Positions 18,500 to 27,587 of a DNA stretch of 64,000 nt are shown here, piece after piece. This DNA is from Blastocatellia bacterium. GTDB lineage: Bacteria > Acidobacteriota > Blastocatellia > UBA7656. The position numbers were made by a program, and so were the translations under genes. The DNA lies in the NCBI GenBank assembly GCA_035634255.1, contig DASQDI010000068.1, forward strand, positions 23,695 to 87,694, read 5' to 3'. The notes under the pieces are model-generated. The model worked only from the letters and a program-made list of their open reading frames with translations. It ran no database searches and was not told the origin of the DNA. Every line of letters starts with the position of its first letter. The stretch's first letter is position 1.

Positions 18500-19486
18500 A
18501 TGATTACCCTGACTGGCGAGCGGGCCAGAGCTCTGACCGACAATTTTTCGGGCAAACGGATCGCGGTGCTCGGGGACCTGATGCTGGACGAGTTCATCTG
18601 GGGGCGCGTGCGCCGGATATCGCCCGAAGCTCCGGTGCCCGTGGTCGAGGTGGACCGCCAGACGATTGCCCTGGGCGGAGCGGGCAACGTCGTCTCGAAT
18701 CTGGTCGCGCTCGGGGCGAGCCCGCGCCCTTTAGGGGTGATAGGCGCGGACCTCGAAGCGGAGAAGCTGGCGATGGCTTTTCGCTCCCTCGGGGTCGGCA
18801 CCGATGGCCTCGTGTCGGATCAGGGCCGCCCGACCACGCTCAAGACCCGCATCATCGCGCACAACCAGCAGGTGGTCCGCGCCGACCGCGAGAGCCGCTC
18901 CCCCATCTCCCCCCAGATCGAGGACAGAATTCTTGAGGCCCTGCACAAGGAGATGGAGGCCATCGACGCCATCGTCATCTCGGATTACAACAAGGGGCTG
19001 CTCACGCCCCGCTTGCTATCAAGGGTGCTCGACGCGGCGCGCGCGCGCGACCTCATAGTCTGCCTCGACCCGAAGCTGCGCAGCTTCGTTCATTACCAGC
19101 CCCTCACAATCATCACCCCCAACAACCAGGAGGCCGCGGAGGCCGCGGGCGTGGCTATCGAGGACGAGGAGAGCCTCGTCGAGGCCGGCCGGAAGATACT
19201 CGCCTCGGTAGACTGTCGCGCGCTGCTTGTGACGCGCGGGGAAGAGGGCATGACCCTGTTCACCGACCGGGGGGATGTCACGCACATACCGACCGTCGCG
19301 CGCGAGGTCTACGACGTGACGGGCGCGGGCGATACGGTGATCGCCACGCTCGCGCTCGCGCTCGCCGCCGGCGCGACGCTCGCGGAGTCGGCCGTGATGG
19401 CCAACCACGCCGCGGGCGTCGTGGTGGGCAAGCTCGGCACGGCCACGGTCGACCGAGAAGAGCTGCTGGCGACCATCGGGGGGTGA
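18500..19486 (+). CDS. hldE: D-glycero-beta-D-manno-heptose-7-phosphate kinase (RfaE/HldE domain I; PfkB family)
   Basis: PfkB carbohydrate-kinase motifs (GGAGNV..., DVTGAGDT). Similar to the HldE kinase domain, in an LPS-heptose context. Confidence 0.8.
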   Translation: MITLTGERARALTDNFSGKRIAVLGDLMLDEFIWGRVRRISPEAPVPVVEVDRQTIALGGAGNVVSNLVALGASPRPLGVIGADLEAEKLAMAFRSLGVGTDGLVSDQGRPTTLKTRIIAHNQQVVRADRESRSPISPQIEDRILEALHKEMEAIDAIVISDYNKGLLTPRLLSRVLDAARARDLIVCLDPKLRSFVHYQPLTIITPNNQEAAEAAGVAIEDEESLVEAGRKILASVDCRALLVTRGEEGMTLFTDRGDVTHIPTVAREVYDVTGAGDTVIATLALALAAGATLAESAVMANHAAGVVVGKLGTATVDREELLATIGG

Positions 19487-19564
19487 ATAGTCTTGACGCG
19501 CGCCTCCGCCGCGTAGTTTCATTAATGACTTGAGCCGGATGTTGTAGTCCAACGGAGTTATAAA

Positions 19565-20881
19565 ATGAGTGCTGAGTTATTGAGCAAAATCATCGAGCGT
19601 CGCGCGGTCGTCGGCGTGATCGGCCTCGGGTACGTCGGCTTGCCTCTCGCGGTCGAGTTCGGGCGCGGCGGCTTCACGGTGATCGGGTTCGAGGTGGACG
19701 AGCCGCGCATCGAGATCATCAACTCCGGCAGGTCCTACATCCCCGACGTGCCGACCGACATGGTCAGAGCGCTCGTCGGGCGCGGTAAGTTCTCCGCGAC
19801 CACCGATTTTTCGAGGCTCAAAGAGACCGACGCCGTGATCATCTGCGTGCCGACGCCGCTCCGCAAAACCAAAGAGCCCGACATCTCTTACATACTGGCC
19901 GCCTCCGAGCAGTTGCGCTCCACCCTGCACTCGCCCCAGCTGATCGTGCTGGAATCGACCACCTACCCGGGCACGACCGACGAGGTGCTGCGCCCGATGC
20001 TCGAAGAGACGGGCCTCGCCCTCGACAAGGATTTTTACCTCGCTTTCTCACCCGAGCGCGTCGACCCCGGCAACAAGAACTTCCAGACCAACAACATCCC
20101 GAAAGTCGTGGGCGGGGTGTCGGCCATGTCGACGGAGATCGCGGCGGCCCTTTATCAAACGATAGTCGAGCGGGTCCACAAGGTTTCGAGCGCGCGCGTG
20201 GCGGAGACGGCGAAGCTGCTCGAAAACACTTTCCGCTCGGTGAACATCGCCCTCGTGAACGAGATGGCGCAGCTCTGCTACCACCTCGGGATAGACTCGT
20301 GGGACGTGATCCAGGCGGCGGCGACCAAGCCGTTCGGCTTCATGCCCTTCTACCCCGGCCCAGGCATCGGCGGCCACTGCATCCCGCTCGACCCGCACTA
20401 CCTCTCATGGAAGGCGCGGCTCCACGGATTCGAGGCCCGCTTCATAGGGCTGGCCGAGGAGGTCAACTCGCACATGCCGCGCCACGTCGTGCAGCTGATA
20501 CAGGACGGGCTCAACGAGGCGGGGAAGCCCGTCAAGGGCTCGCGCCTGCTCGTGCTGGGCGCGGCCTACAAGCGAGACATAAACGACGTGCGCGAGTCGC
20601 CCGCGCTCGGCATAGTGGATCAGCTCATCCACAAGGGCGCGCTCGTCAGCTATCACGACCCGTTCATCCCGGAGATGAATCTGGACGGCAAGGGCGTGCT
20701 CGCGAGCGTCCCGCTCACGGACGAGGCCCTGTCCGAGTGCGACTGCGTCTGCATAGTCACGGACCATTCCTCGGTGGATTACTCGCGCGTCGTGCGGCTG
20801 GCCCCGTTCATCGTCGACACGCGCAACGTCACGCGCAAGCTCGGGATGCCCGAGCACGAGTCTAAAATAATCAGACTGTGA
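19565..20881 (+). CDS. Nucleotide-sugar dehydrogenase (UDP-glucose/GDP-mannose dehydrogenase family; WbpA/WecC-like)
   Basis: N-terminal Rossmann motif VGVIGLGYVGLPLA and catalytic Cys region (GGHCIPLDP). Confidence 0.85.
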   Translation: MSAELLSKIIERRAVVGVIGLGYVGLPLAVEFGRGGFTVIGFEVDEPRIEIINSGRSYIPDVPTDMVRALVGRGKFSATTDFSRLKETDAVIICVPTPLRKTKEPDISYILAASEQLRSTLHSPQLIVLESTTYPGTTDEVLRPMLEETGLALDKDFYLAFSPERVDPGNKNFQTNNIPKVVGGVSAMSTEIAAALYQTIVERVHKVSSARVAETAKLLENTFRSVNIALVNEMAQLCYHLGIDSWDVIQAAATKPFGFMPFYPGPGIGGHCIPLDPHYLSWKARLHGFEARFIGLAEEVNSHMPRHVVQLIQDGLNEAGKPVKGSRLLVLGAAYKRDINDVRESPALGIVDQLIHKGALVSYHDPFIPEMNLDGKGVLASVPLTDEALSECDCVCIVTDHSSVDYSRVVRLAPFIVDTRNVTRKLGMPEHESKIIRL

Positions 20882-21073
20882 GAATGGCGCGCGCGTCTAA
20901 CCCCTGAGGCCATCTCCCGAAGTCATGAGAGGCTCGCCCGCGCCCGCCGGTCATTTATTATATTTTGCTTATAAAGCGGGGCGGGAATCGCGACATAATA
21001 CTCAACCTGTGTTAGATTTTATGGCGGCCCGAAACCACCGTCTCTTCCATATGAAGTGAGTGGATCGTGAACT

Positions 21074-22033
21074 TTGCATAGATCGAAATTTTTACTAATG
21101 GTTCTCCTGCTGGCAGCCGGCTCGTGCAAAGGGGAATCGGGTTCACCACAGCTTAACGCGCGCTGGGCCCAGGGGGCGAACGTGACGAACCTGGACCTGC
21201 TCGGGGTCGATTTCATCGACGAACGGCTCGGGTGGGCCGTCGGGGACATAGAGCCCGGGGGGAGCACGAGCGGCTCGGTCCATCACACATCCGACGGCGG
21301 CCGGACGTGGGGGAAGGTAGCCAACACGACGGAGATATTTGAAGCGGTGCAGTTCGTGAGCCCCACCCGCGGCTGGATCGCAGGGTACGGCGGCACGATC
21401 CAGAGGACCGACGACGGGGGACGGACCTGGGCGAGGCAGAGGGTCGAGCGCGAGGGCGAGGTGCTCAACTCCGTCTTCTTCCTCGACAACCAGCGCGGGT
21501 GGGTCGTGGGCGGGAGCGGGCTCGTCTTCCGCACGGCCGACGGAGGCGAGACGTGGGAGGTCCTCCCGACCGGGCGGCTCGAAGACCTCTGGGACATAAA
21601 GTTCTCGTCCGCCGACCGCGGCTGGATCGTCGGCGAAGAGGGTTTGATACTCGGCACCGCAGACGGCGGCAGGAGTTGGGAGGTCCAGTCTTCGGGCACC
21701 CAGAATGCCCTCTTCGGCCTCGCGGCCACGCCCGGGGGGCTTGTGATCGCGGTCGGGGACAAAGGGACGGTCCTTCGCAGCGAGGACGGGAAGAGCTGGT
21801 CCCCGGCGGACTCGAAGACCGGGGCGACCCTCAACGCGGTGGCGGCGGCCGGCGGTAACGTTTTCTGGGCCGTGGGCGCGAAGGGCGCGACGACCGGCTC
21901 GGCCGACGGCGGGCGCACCTGGACCCCGATCTCTCCGGTGACCGGGCGCGACCTGATCTCGGTAGATTTGACGGGGCCCTCGCACGGAGTTGCGGTGGGC
22001 GCGCGCGGGTCGACGCAGAGGCTTGAGCCCTGA
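21074..22033 (+). CDS. Ycf48/photosystem-II-assembly-factor-like BNR beta-propeller lipoprotein
   Basis: Signal peptide with a Cys (LLAAGSC). Repeated S/TxDGGxTW BNR-like motifs (6-7 blades). TTG start at 21074, or ATG at 21098. Confidence 0.7.
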   Translation: MHRSKFLLMVLLLAAGSCKGESGSPQLNARWAQGANVTNLDLLGVDFIDERLGWAVGDIEPGGSTSGSVHHTSDGGRTWGKVANTTEIFEAVQFVSPTRGWIAGYGGTIQRTDDGGRTWARQRVEREGEVLNSVFFLDNQRGWVVGGSGLVFRTADGGETWEVLPTGRLEDLWDIKFSSADRGWIVGEEGLILGTADGGRSWEVQSSGTQNALFGLAATPGGLVIAVGDKGTVLRSEDGKSWSPADSKTGATLNAVAAAGGNVFWAVGAKGATTGSADGGRTWTPISPVTGRDLISVDLTGPSHGVAVGARGSTQRLEP

Positions 22034-22090
22034 GGCTGATCTTAATCTCAAATCGAAATTTTAAGTCCGAGTACATTAGGGAGTCTGTTT

Positions 22091-22864
22091 ATGTTTACAA
22101 GAAGTGTCCGAACCTTTCTTGCGCTCGCGGTCGTGGCTTTCGCCGTCTTCAGCGGAGTACGCACGACGGACGCGCACCACGCGGTGCTGCGTTTCAATCT
22201 GGAAGAGATGGCGGTGACGGCGGAGCGCATCTTCGTCGGCCGCTGCGTCTCCGTCGAAGAGACCGAAGAGATGATCGCTCAGGGCATGATGCCCGTCACG
22301 CGCTACACGTTCGAGGTCGAGCGCGCGATCAAGGGGCGCTTGCCCCGGGTCGTCACCTTCACGCAGCTGGGCCACCCCGCGCGCCGCTCCGTCGGCAAGG
22401 GCGGCGTCCCGAGCAAAGGGAGGGTCAACCCCGGCCCGAAATCATTCTTCCACGCGACGCGAGAGTACAAGGTCGGGGAGCGGTCCGTACTCTTTCTCAT
22501 CAAGGAGTACACGGACGGCAAAGTCACGCGCCCGGTCGGACTCTACCAGGGGGTGTTCGAGGTGTCGCGCATGCCTTCGGGCAAAGAGGTCGTGCGCAAC
22601 AGCATAAACAACAGCGGCCTGTTCACGGCTCCTTACAACGGCACGAGGATGAAGGAATCGGACGCCCGCGTAATCTTTCCCGAACGCGACTCCGCGGGCG
22701 ACGGGCGCTCGAACGTCGGCCCCGAAGCCGAGTCGCTCAGGAGCAAGCGCGGGGCCCTGCCGCTCGACGAATTCCTGGGGCTCGTGGAGAGGGTCGTCGA
22801 GGTCCACGGGGGTGAGAAGGGCGTCATAGTCAGAGGACCCGACAAAGGAGCAGTACAGCAATGA
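22091..22864 (+). CDS. Hypothetical secreted protein
   Basis: Signal peptide, no recognisable family. Its stop overlaps the start of the next gene (ATGA). Confidence 0.6.
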   Translation: MFTRSVRTFLALAVVAFAVFSGVRTTDAHHAVLRFNLEEMAVTAERIFVGRCVSVEETEEMIAQGMMPVTRYTFEVERAIKGRLPRVVTFTQLGHPARRSVGKGGVPSKGRVNPGPKSFFHATREYKVGERSVLFLIKEYTDGKVTRPVGLYQGVFEVSRMPSGKEVVRNSINNSGLFTAPYNGTRMKESDARVIFPERDSAGDGRSNVGPEAESLRSKRGALPLDEFLGLVERVVEVHGGEKGVIVRGPDKGAVQQ

Positions 22865-24714
22865 TCAGCCGTCTATTAAATATTCGCGTAAATATTCGCG
22901 CAGCTTTTTCAGTGTCGGTCCCGGCCCTGGCCCTCGCCCTCATCATGGGCACGGCGGACGCCGGCGGGCCTAACAGCATCAATGAAGAGACCGGGCGGCC
23001 CGTGCTCTGGGCCCGCTCGGAAGTCAGGGGCGGCGCGCTCAACTCGCGGACGGTCGACGCGGATGGCCGCGTCCTCTACCGCGTCGACTCCGGGCCGCTC
23101 GGCACCATCCCGAACGCGGAGGCGGTCGCGCTCGCCGATCACATATTCGGCCTCTATAGCAACATACCGGGCTCGACGCTCGACTTCGTGAACGCGGGGC
23201 CGATCCTCGACCCCGCGACGGGGCAGCCGGTCGATGTCAACGGGAGCAACTTCGGGAAATTCCTCAGCTCCAACAACCCGACCTTTCAGAACCCGATCAT
23301 ATTCGACACGAACGGCGACCTCACCAGATCGATCACGGGCGACAGAGACGTGCTCGGGCTCGCGGGCGTCATAGCGCTCAGCGAAGATGAGAGCGAAGTC
23401 TACGAGGCCGTCGTCATACTGAACGGGGCCGTGGTCGGGGCGCTCGGCGGGAAGGTACCGTTTCAAGGCATATTCACCCACGAGTTCGGCCACTTCGCCG
23501 GGCCGCTCGACCACTCACAGATCAACGGCAACATCGCCTCCGACGGCGACGGCGTGACGATGCCCGCGGGGTTCGACCGGGTGTCGGCCTTCGACCTCTA
23601 CACGCCTTTCACGGAGACCATGTACCCGTTCTTCTTCCCGCCCGGATCGAGCCCGGTCCCCGGCAACTCGGCGCTCGTCTCCAAGGGCTTCAGCAACTCC
23701 GGCTTCTTCATCGCCTCGCTCGACATGGACACGAGCAACGCCATGTCGAACCTGTACCCGACGCCCGAGTACCTCGCGCAGCACGGGGCCATCGAGGGGC
23801 GCGTGCTGATTCGGACCGCGAGCGGCGACTTCCCCGTCACGGGGATCAACGTCGTCGCGCGCCGCATAGACCGGGCGGGCGCTTATCCGCCCTCGCCCAC
23901 CACGCTCGCCTTCCCCGGCAACCAGATCCCGGTCACGGAAGGGGTGCCCGACATCCCCGTCGGGCAGGACGCCACCGACCCGCTCGCGACCGCCGCGAGC
24001 ACGGTCACGGGGTACGAGCTTCCGGGAGGCGCTTACCGGATACAGGGGCTCCCGCCGGGCCAGTACATCGTCGAGGTCCAGCGGATCAACCCGCAGGCGC
24101 TCGACGGGTCGGGCATCGGGCCTCTGGCCAGCTTATTCCAGTTCCCGCTCGCCATCGAAGAGTTCTACAACGGCGCTCTCGAATCGGGCAGGTCGACCGA
24201 CGTGGCGAGCGCGTTCACGGCCGTCACGGTGAACGCGAACGACACGACGCCGAACATCGACATAGTCCTCAACATCAGCGACGCGCCCGGATCGAATCTG
24301 GCCGAAAGAGAGTCGAACGATAAGACGAAGAAGGCGCAAAAACTGGGCAACCTCCCGGGAGAGCTGGCGGGCGCGGCCAGCGCTCTGGACTCCTCGTTGC
24401 TGAGGATGACCTTCCCCGACGGCTCGACGGACAACATAGAGGACCTGTACAGCTTCACCCTGACGGCTCCGCGCGTCGTTTACATAATACTTGAGCCGAC
24501 ATCAGGCTCGGGCGACCTCGATCTTTACCTCTTCAACTCGGCGGTGAGCAAGAAGAAGACCAGCATCAATGATCCTAACCTGATCGATTTCAGCCTCAGC
24601 TTCGCTTCAACCGAGTTCATCCCGATAGAGCTCCCGCCGGGCACTTACATAATCGGGGTGACCGCCTTCGACGGCAGCCAGAATTACAGGCTGCGCGTGC
24701 TCCCGTCGCCTTAA
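22861..24714 (+). CDS. Secreted zinc metalloprotease (HExxH, metzincin-like Met-turn) with C-terminal PPC (pre-peptidase C-terminal) domain
   Basis: HEFGHFAGPLDH motif and a downstream ETMYP Met-turn. The C-terminal ~100 aa is PPC-like (DLYSFTL...GDLDLYLF...YIIGV). Confidence 0.65.
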   Translation: MISRLLNIRVNIRAAFSVSVPALALALIMGTADAGGPNSINEETGRPVLWARSEVRGGALNSRTVDADGRVLYRVDSGPLGTIPNAEAVALADHIFGLYSNIPGSTLDFVNAGPILDPATGQPVDVNGSNFGKFLSSNNPTFQNPIIFDTNGDLTRSITGDRDVLGLAGVIALSEDESEVYEAVVILNGAVVGALGGKVPFQGIFTHEFGHFAGPLDHSQINGNIASDGDGVTMPAGFDRVSAFDLYTPFTETMYPFFFPPGSSPVPGNSALVSKGFSNSGFFIASLDMDTSNAMSNLYPTPEYLAQHGAIEGRVLIRTASGDFPVTGINVVARRIDRAGAYPPSPTTLAFPGNQIPVTEGVPDIPVGQDATDPLATAASTVTGYELPGGAYRIQGLPPGQYIVEVQRINPQALDGSGIGPLASLFQFPLAIEEFYNGALESGRSTDVASAFTAVTVNANDTTPNIDIVLNISDAPGSNLAERESNDKTKKAQKLGNLPGELAGAASALDSSLLRMTFPDGSTDNIEDLYSFTLTAPRVVYIILEPTSGSGDLDLYLFNSAVSKKKTSINDPNLIDFSLSFASTEFIPIELPPGTYIIGVTAFDGSQNYRLRVLPSP

Positions 24715-24779
24715 AGAGCCGGCGCGATGGAACTGAAGAGGCGGCTACTACGGCCGCCTCTTCAGTCGCTCCCTCACGC

Positions 24780-25844
24780 TCAGGGCTTCCGCCGCTTCTG
24801 CTTCTCTTTCTCTTCCTTCTCCATCTGCCGCCGCTTTTCCGCCTCTTCCTGAAGCTCCAATAAAGTAGGCAGCCTGTCCGCGAAAGTGACCTCTTCGCGG
24901 TAGGTCGAGTGGACCGGCCTGCCGTTGAGGAGCGCGGGCGTGAAGACGTACTGGCGGAAGGCGTCCACCGCGCGGTCATCTATGGAAGGGTCGAGCGAGC
25001 GGAGCACGCGGATGTTCGTCACCCTACCTTCGGGAGTTATTACTCCCCCGAGCAGCACGGCCCCCTTGACCCCGCGCCCCGTCTCGAACTTCGGCGTGAC
25101 GCGCTCGGTCACGGACGGGGGGGTGAAGCGGTCGCCTTCCTTCAACTCGACGGGGCTCCCGAACTTATCGACGGGGCGCGCCAGTTCTTCGGGCCTGTCG
25201 CGGAGGCTTGAGACGGGCACGATCTCCGGCGTGACCGATATCAGGATCACCCTCTCCGACGGGACGCCCTCCTGCCGGCCGCTCGCCCCGGTGCGGTAAT
25301 CGACGCCGAACATCCCGCGCCCGCCCCGGAGCAACACGGTCTCGAAGTTCCCGAACTCGACCTCACGCGCGTCGAGCAGTGGGCCGTTATCGAAGGCCGC
25401 TTTCACGTCCAGCTTGAGATACCCGCGCGCCACTTTTCGCGGGATTATCGAAAGCTCCAAATACTTGTCGCCGACCCTCACCGCGTCGTCGAACCTCTCG
25501 TCGCCGCGGAGCCCGACCGAGCGCACATGCCGGACCTCTACGCCTTCGAGCTTGTTGTTCTCCCTGAGGTGCGCCATCTCTTCTTTCGCGCTCGAAAAAG
25601 TCGAAGAGAGCCGCACGACCTCTTCCAGAGATGGCGAACGCGCCGGGTCGTACTGGTAGACCGCGTAAGTCAGGTTGACCCCGAACGCGCGCCCCGAAGG
25701 GCGGCCGCCCGCCGCCCCGCTCTGCGCGAGGCCGACGCTTCCCAGCGCCGCGAGCAGGCAGGCGGAGAGGGCGATTATTTGAATGGCCCTTCGGAGAATC
25801 GCTAATCTTACCGACGGTGCCGGGCTCTTGCCGCAATCGATCAT
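24780..25844 (-). CDS. Secreted protein with TonB C-terminal-like domain and K/E-rich tail
   Basis: TonB_C-like segment (GRVTNIRVLRSLDPSIDDRAVDAFRQYVFTPALLNGRPV). C-terminal EKEEKEKQKRRKP tail. Confidence 0.55.
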   Translation of the reverse strand: MIDCGKSPAPSVRLAILRRAIQIIALSACLLAALGSVGLAQSGAAGGRPSGRAFGVNLTYAVYQYDPARSPSLEEVVRLSSTFSSAKEEMAHLRENNKLEGVEVRHVRSVGLRGDERFDDAVRVGDKYLELSIIPRKVARGYLKLDVKAAFDNGPLLDAREVEFGNFETVLLRGGRGMFGVDYRTGASGRQEGVPSERVILISVTPEIVPVSSLRDRPEELARPVDKFGSPVELKEGDRFTPPSVTERVTPKFETGRGVKGAVLLGGVITPEGRVTNIRVLRSLDPSIDDRAVDAFRQYVFTPALLNGRPVHSTYREEVTFADRLPTLLELQEEAEKRRQMEKEEKEKQKRRKP

Positions 25845-25856
25845 GTCGTCTCCTCT

Positions 25857-26732
25857 TCACTCACCTTCCGGGCGGGCCTGCTCTCGTTCGGACATCAGCT
25901 GCCTGTAGGCTTCGCTCTTGGAGATGCCCCGCCCGCGCGCGGCCCGCTTGAGCGCGGTCATCTGGTCTATTTTATCGCGCTCCATCAGGGATTCTACTTC
26001 CGACAATAGAGAGATCGGCCCGGACTCGGCTTTTTGCGCCTGCGCGCCGTCGGGCGGGGGGCCGACGATCAGGACAAGCTCGCCCCTGACCGTCGCCTCG
26101 CCGAGGGCGGAGAGCAAGTCCGAAAGCCTGCCCCGCATGAATTGCTCGTGCAGCTTGGTCAACTCGCGCGCGAGCACCGACTCCCGGTCGCCGAGCAGGT
26201 CGAGCGCGTCTTTGACCGTCTCCTTTATTCTGTGGGGAGATTCGTAAAAGATCAGGGTCGATCTTACCCGCGCGAGGTCAGACAGCCGCGCGCGGCGAGC
26301 GCCCCCGCGGGCGGGCAGGAAACCCGCGAAGAAGAAGTCGGAGACCGCGAGCCCCGACGCCGAGAGCGCCGTTATGAGCGCCGAAGCCCCCGGCAGGGGG
26401 ACCACCGCGACGCCCCGGTCAATCGACTCTCTAACGATTCGATAGCCGGGGTCGGATATCAGAGGGGTGCCCGCGTCCGAGACGAGAGCGATGTTCGCGC
26501 CCGCCAGCAGTTTCCCGACCAGCTCTTCGGCCCGCTCGCGCTCGTTGTGCTCGTGATAGCTCACGGTCGGCCTGTTGATCTGAAAATGCGACAGGAGCTT
26601 CCTCGTGTGCCGCGTGTCTTCGCACGCCACCAGATCAACCTCCCTGAGCACGCGCAGGGCTCTGAGCGAGATGTCTTCGAGGTTGCCTATAGGCGTCGCG
26701 ATCAGGTAGAGAGTGCCCGGCATATTGAGCAT
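25857..26732 (-). CDS. rsmI: 16S rRNA (cytidine1402-2'-O)-methyltransferase
   Basis: LYLIATPIGNLEDISLRALRVL...VACEDTRHTRKLL is the RsmI signature. Confidence 0.9.
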   Translation of the reverse strand: MLNMPGTLYLIATPIGNLEDISLRALRVLREVDLVACEDTRHTRKLLSHFQINRPTVSYHEHNERERAEELVGKLLAGANIALVSDAGTPLISDPGYRIVRESIDRGVAVVPLPGASALITALSASGLAVSDFFFAGFLPARGGARRARLSDLARVRSTLIFYESPHRIKETVKDALDLLGDRESVLARELTKLHEQFMRGRLSDLLSALGEATVRGELVLIVGPPPDGAQAQKAESGPISLLSEVESLMERDKIDQMTALKRAARGRGISKSEAYRQLMSEREQARPEGE

Positions 26733-26754
26733 CCTGAGGGCCGCTCCGGGCCGG

Positions 26755-27189
26755 TCATACCACTTCGAGCGCGGAGGTGCATTGCGGGCAGCGCCTTGCC
26801 TGGACCGGGATGCTTGAGAAGCAGTACTCGCACGCCTTGACCGTGGGCGGCAGGTCTTCCGGGCGGCGCTTCATTCGGTTTATCGCCTTGATGATGAGGA
26901 AGATGACGAAGGCGATTATGAGAAACTCAATGGCGGCCTGAATGAACTGCCCGTAGTTGATGGTGGGGAGGCTCGCCGCCTTCGCCTCCGCGAGCGTCGC
27001 GGGGTTGCCCCGCAGGGCGACGAAGAGGCCCGCGAAATCTATCCCGCCCATGAGCAGCCCGATTGGCGGCATCAGTATGTCGTTGACCAGAGAGGTGACG
27101 ATCCTGCCGAACGCCGCGCCGATGATGACCGCGACCGCAAGGTCTATCACGTTCCCCCTTGCGATGAACTCCTTGAATTCTCTCAGCAT
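26755..27189 (-). CDS. mscL: Large-conductance mechanosensitive channel MscL with C-terminal CxxC...CxxC zinc-ribbon tail
   Basis: MLREFKEFIARGNVIDLAVAVIIGAAFGRIV is the canonical MscL TM1. The tail is CEYC...CPQC. Confidence 0.85.
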   Translation of the reverse strand: MLREFKEFIARGNVIDLAVAVIIGAAFGRIVTSLVNDILMPPIGLLMGGIDFAGLFVALRGNPATLAEAKAASLPTINYGQFIQAAIEFLIIAFVIFLIIKAINRMKRRPEDLPPTVKACEYCFSSIPVQARRCPQCTSALEVV

Positions 27190-27587
27190 CGTGAGATTCT
27201 CCTTTCATGTCGAAGTCCGCGGGTAGAGTTCTCTGGAACGGATTCTAGCTGATCGGGAAGCCGTGTAGAAGCTTGATACCTGCAATCGGCGCGACGCCGG
27301 AAAAGGTCGGCTTCAACCCACGGGCGGGGAGGCGGTACACGAAGTCGAGGACATGCGCGCGGCGGTTAAGAAAAATGCCGGGCGGAGTCCGTCGCGGGTG
27401 CCCCTTATATTTTGCGCTTAAGATTGCGCCACAAATGCAAATCTGGTCTAATAATCGCGGTCCATATCTCGTAGTAGTTTGGGTGCCCTTTGGCTCAGGT
27501 TGTTATTCGTTCCTTCAAGTCTCGCTCTGGTGACTCAGATCGACCCTTTATAAGTGACGATAGCCGCTGCCTCTGAAATTACGCTGT

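Noticed and set aside
21143-22051. 302-aa minus-strand ORF
   Set aside because: Antisense to the Ycf48-like beta-propeller gene, which has clear BNR repeat structure.
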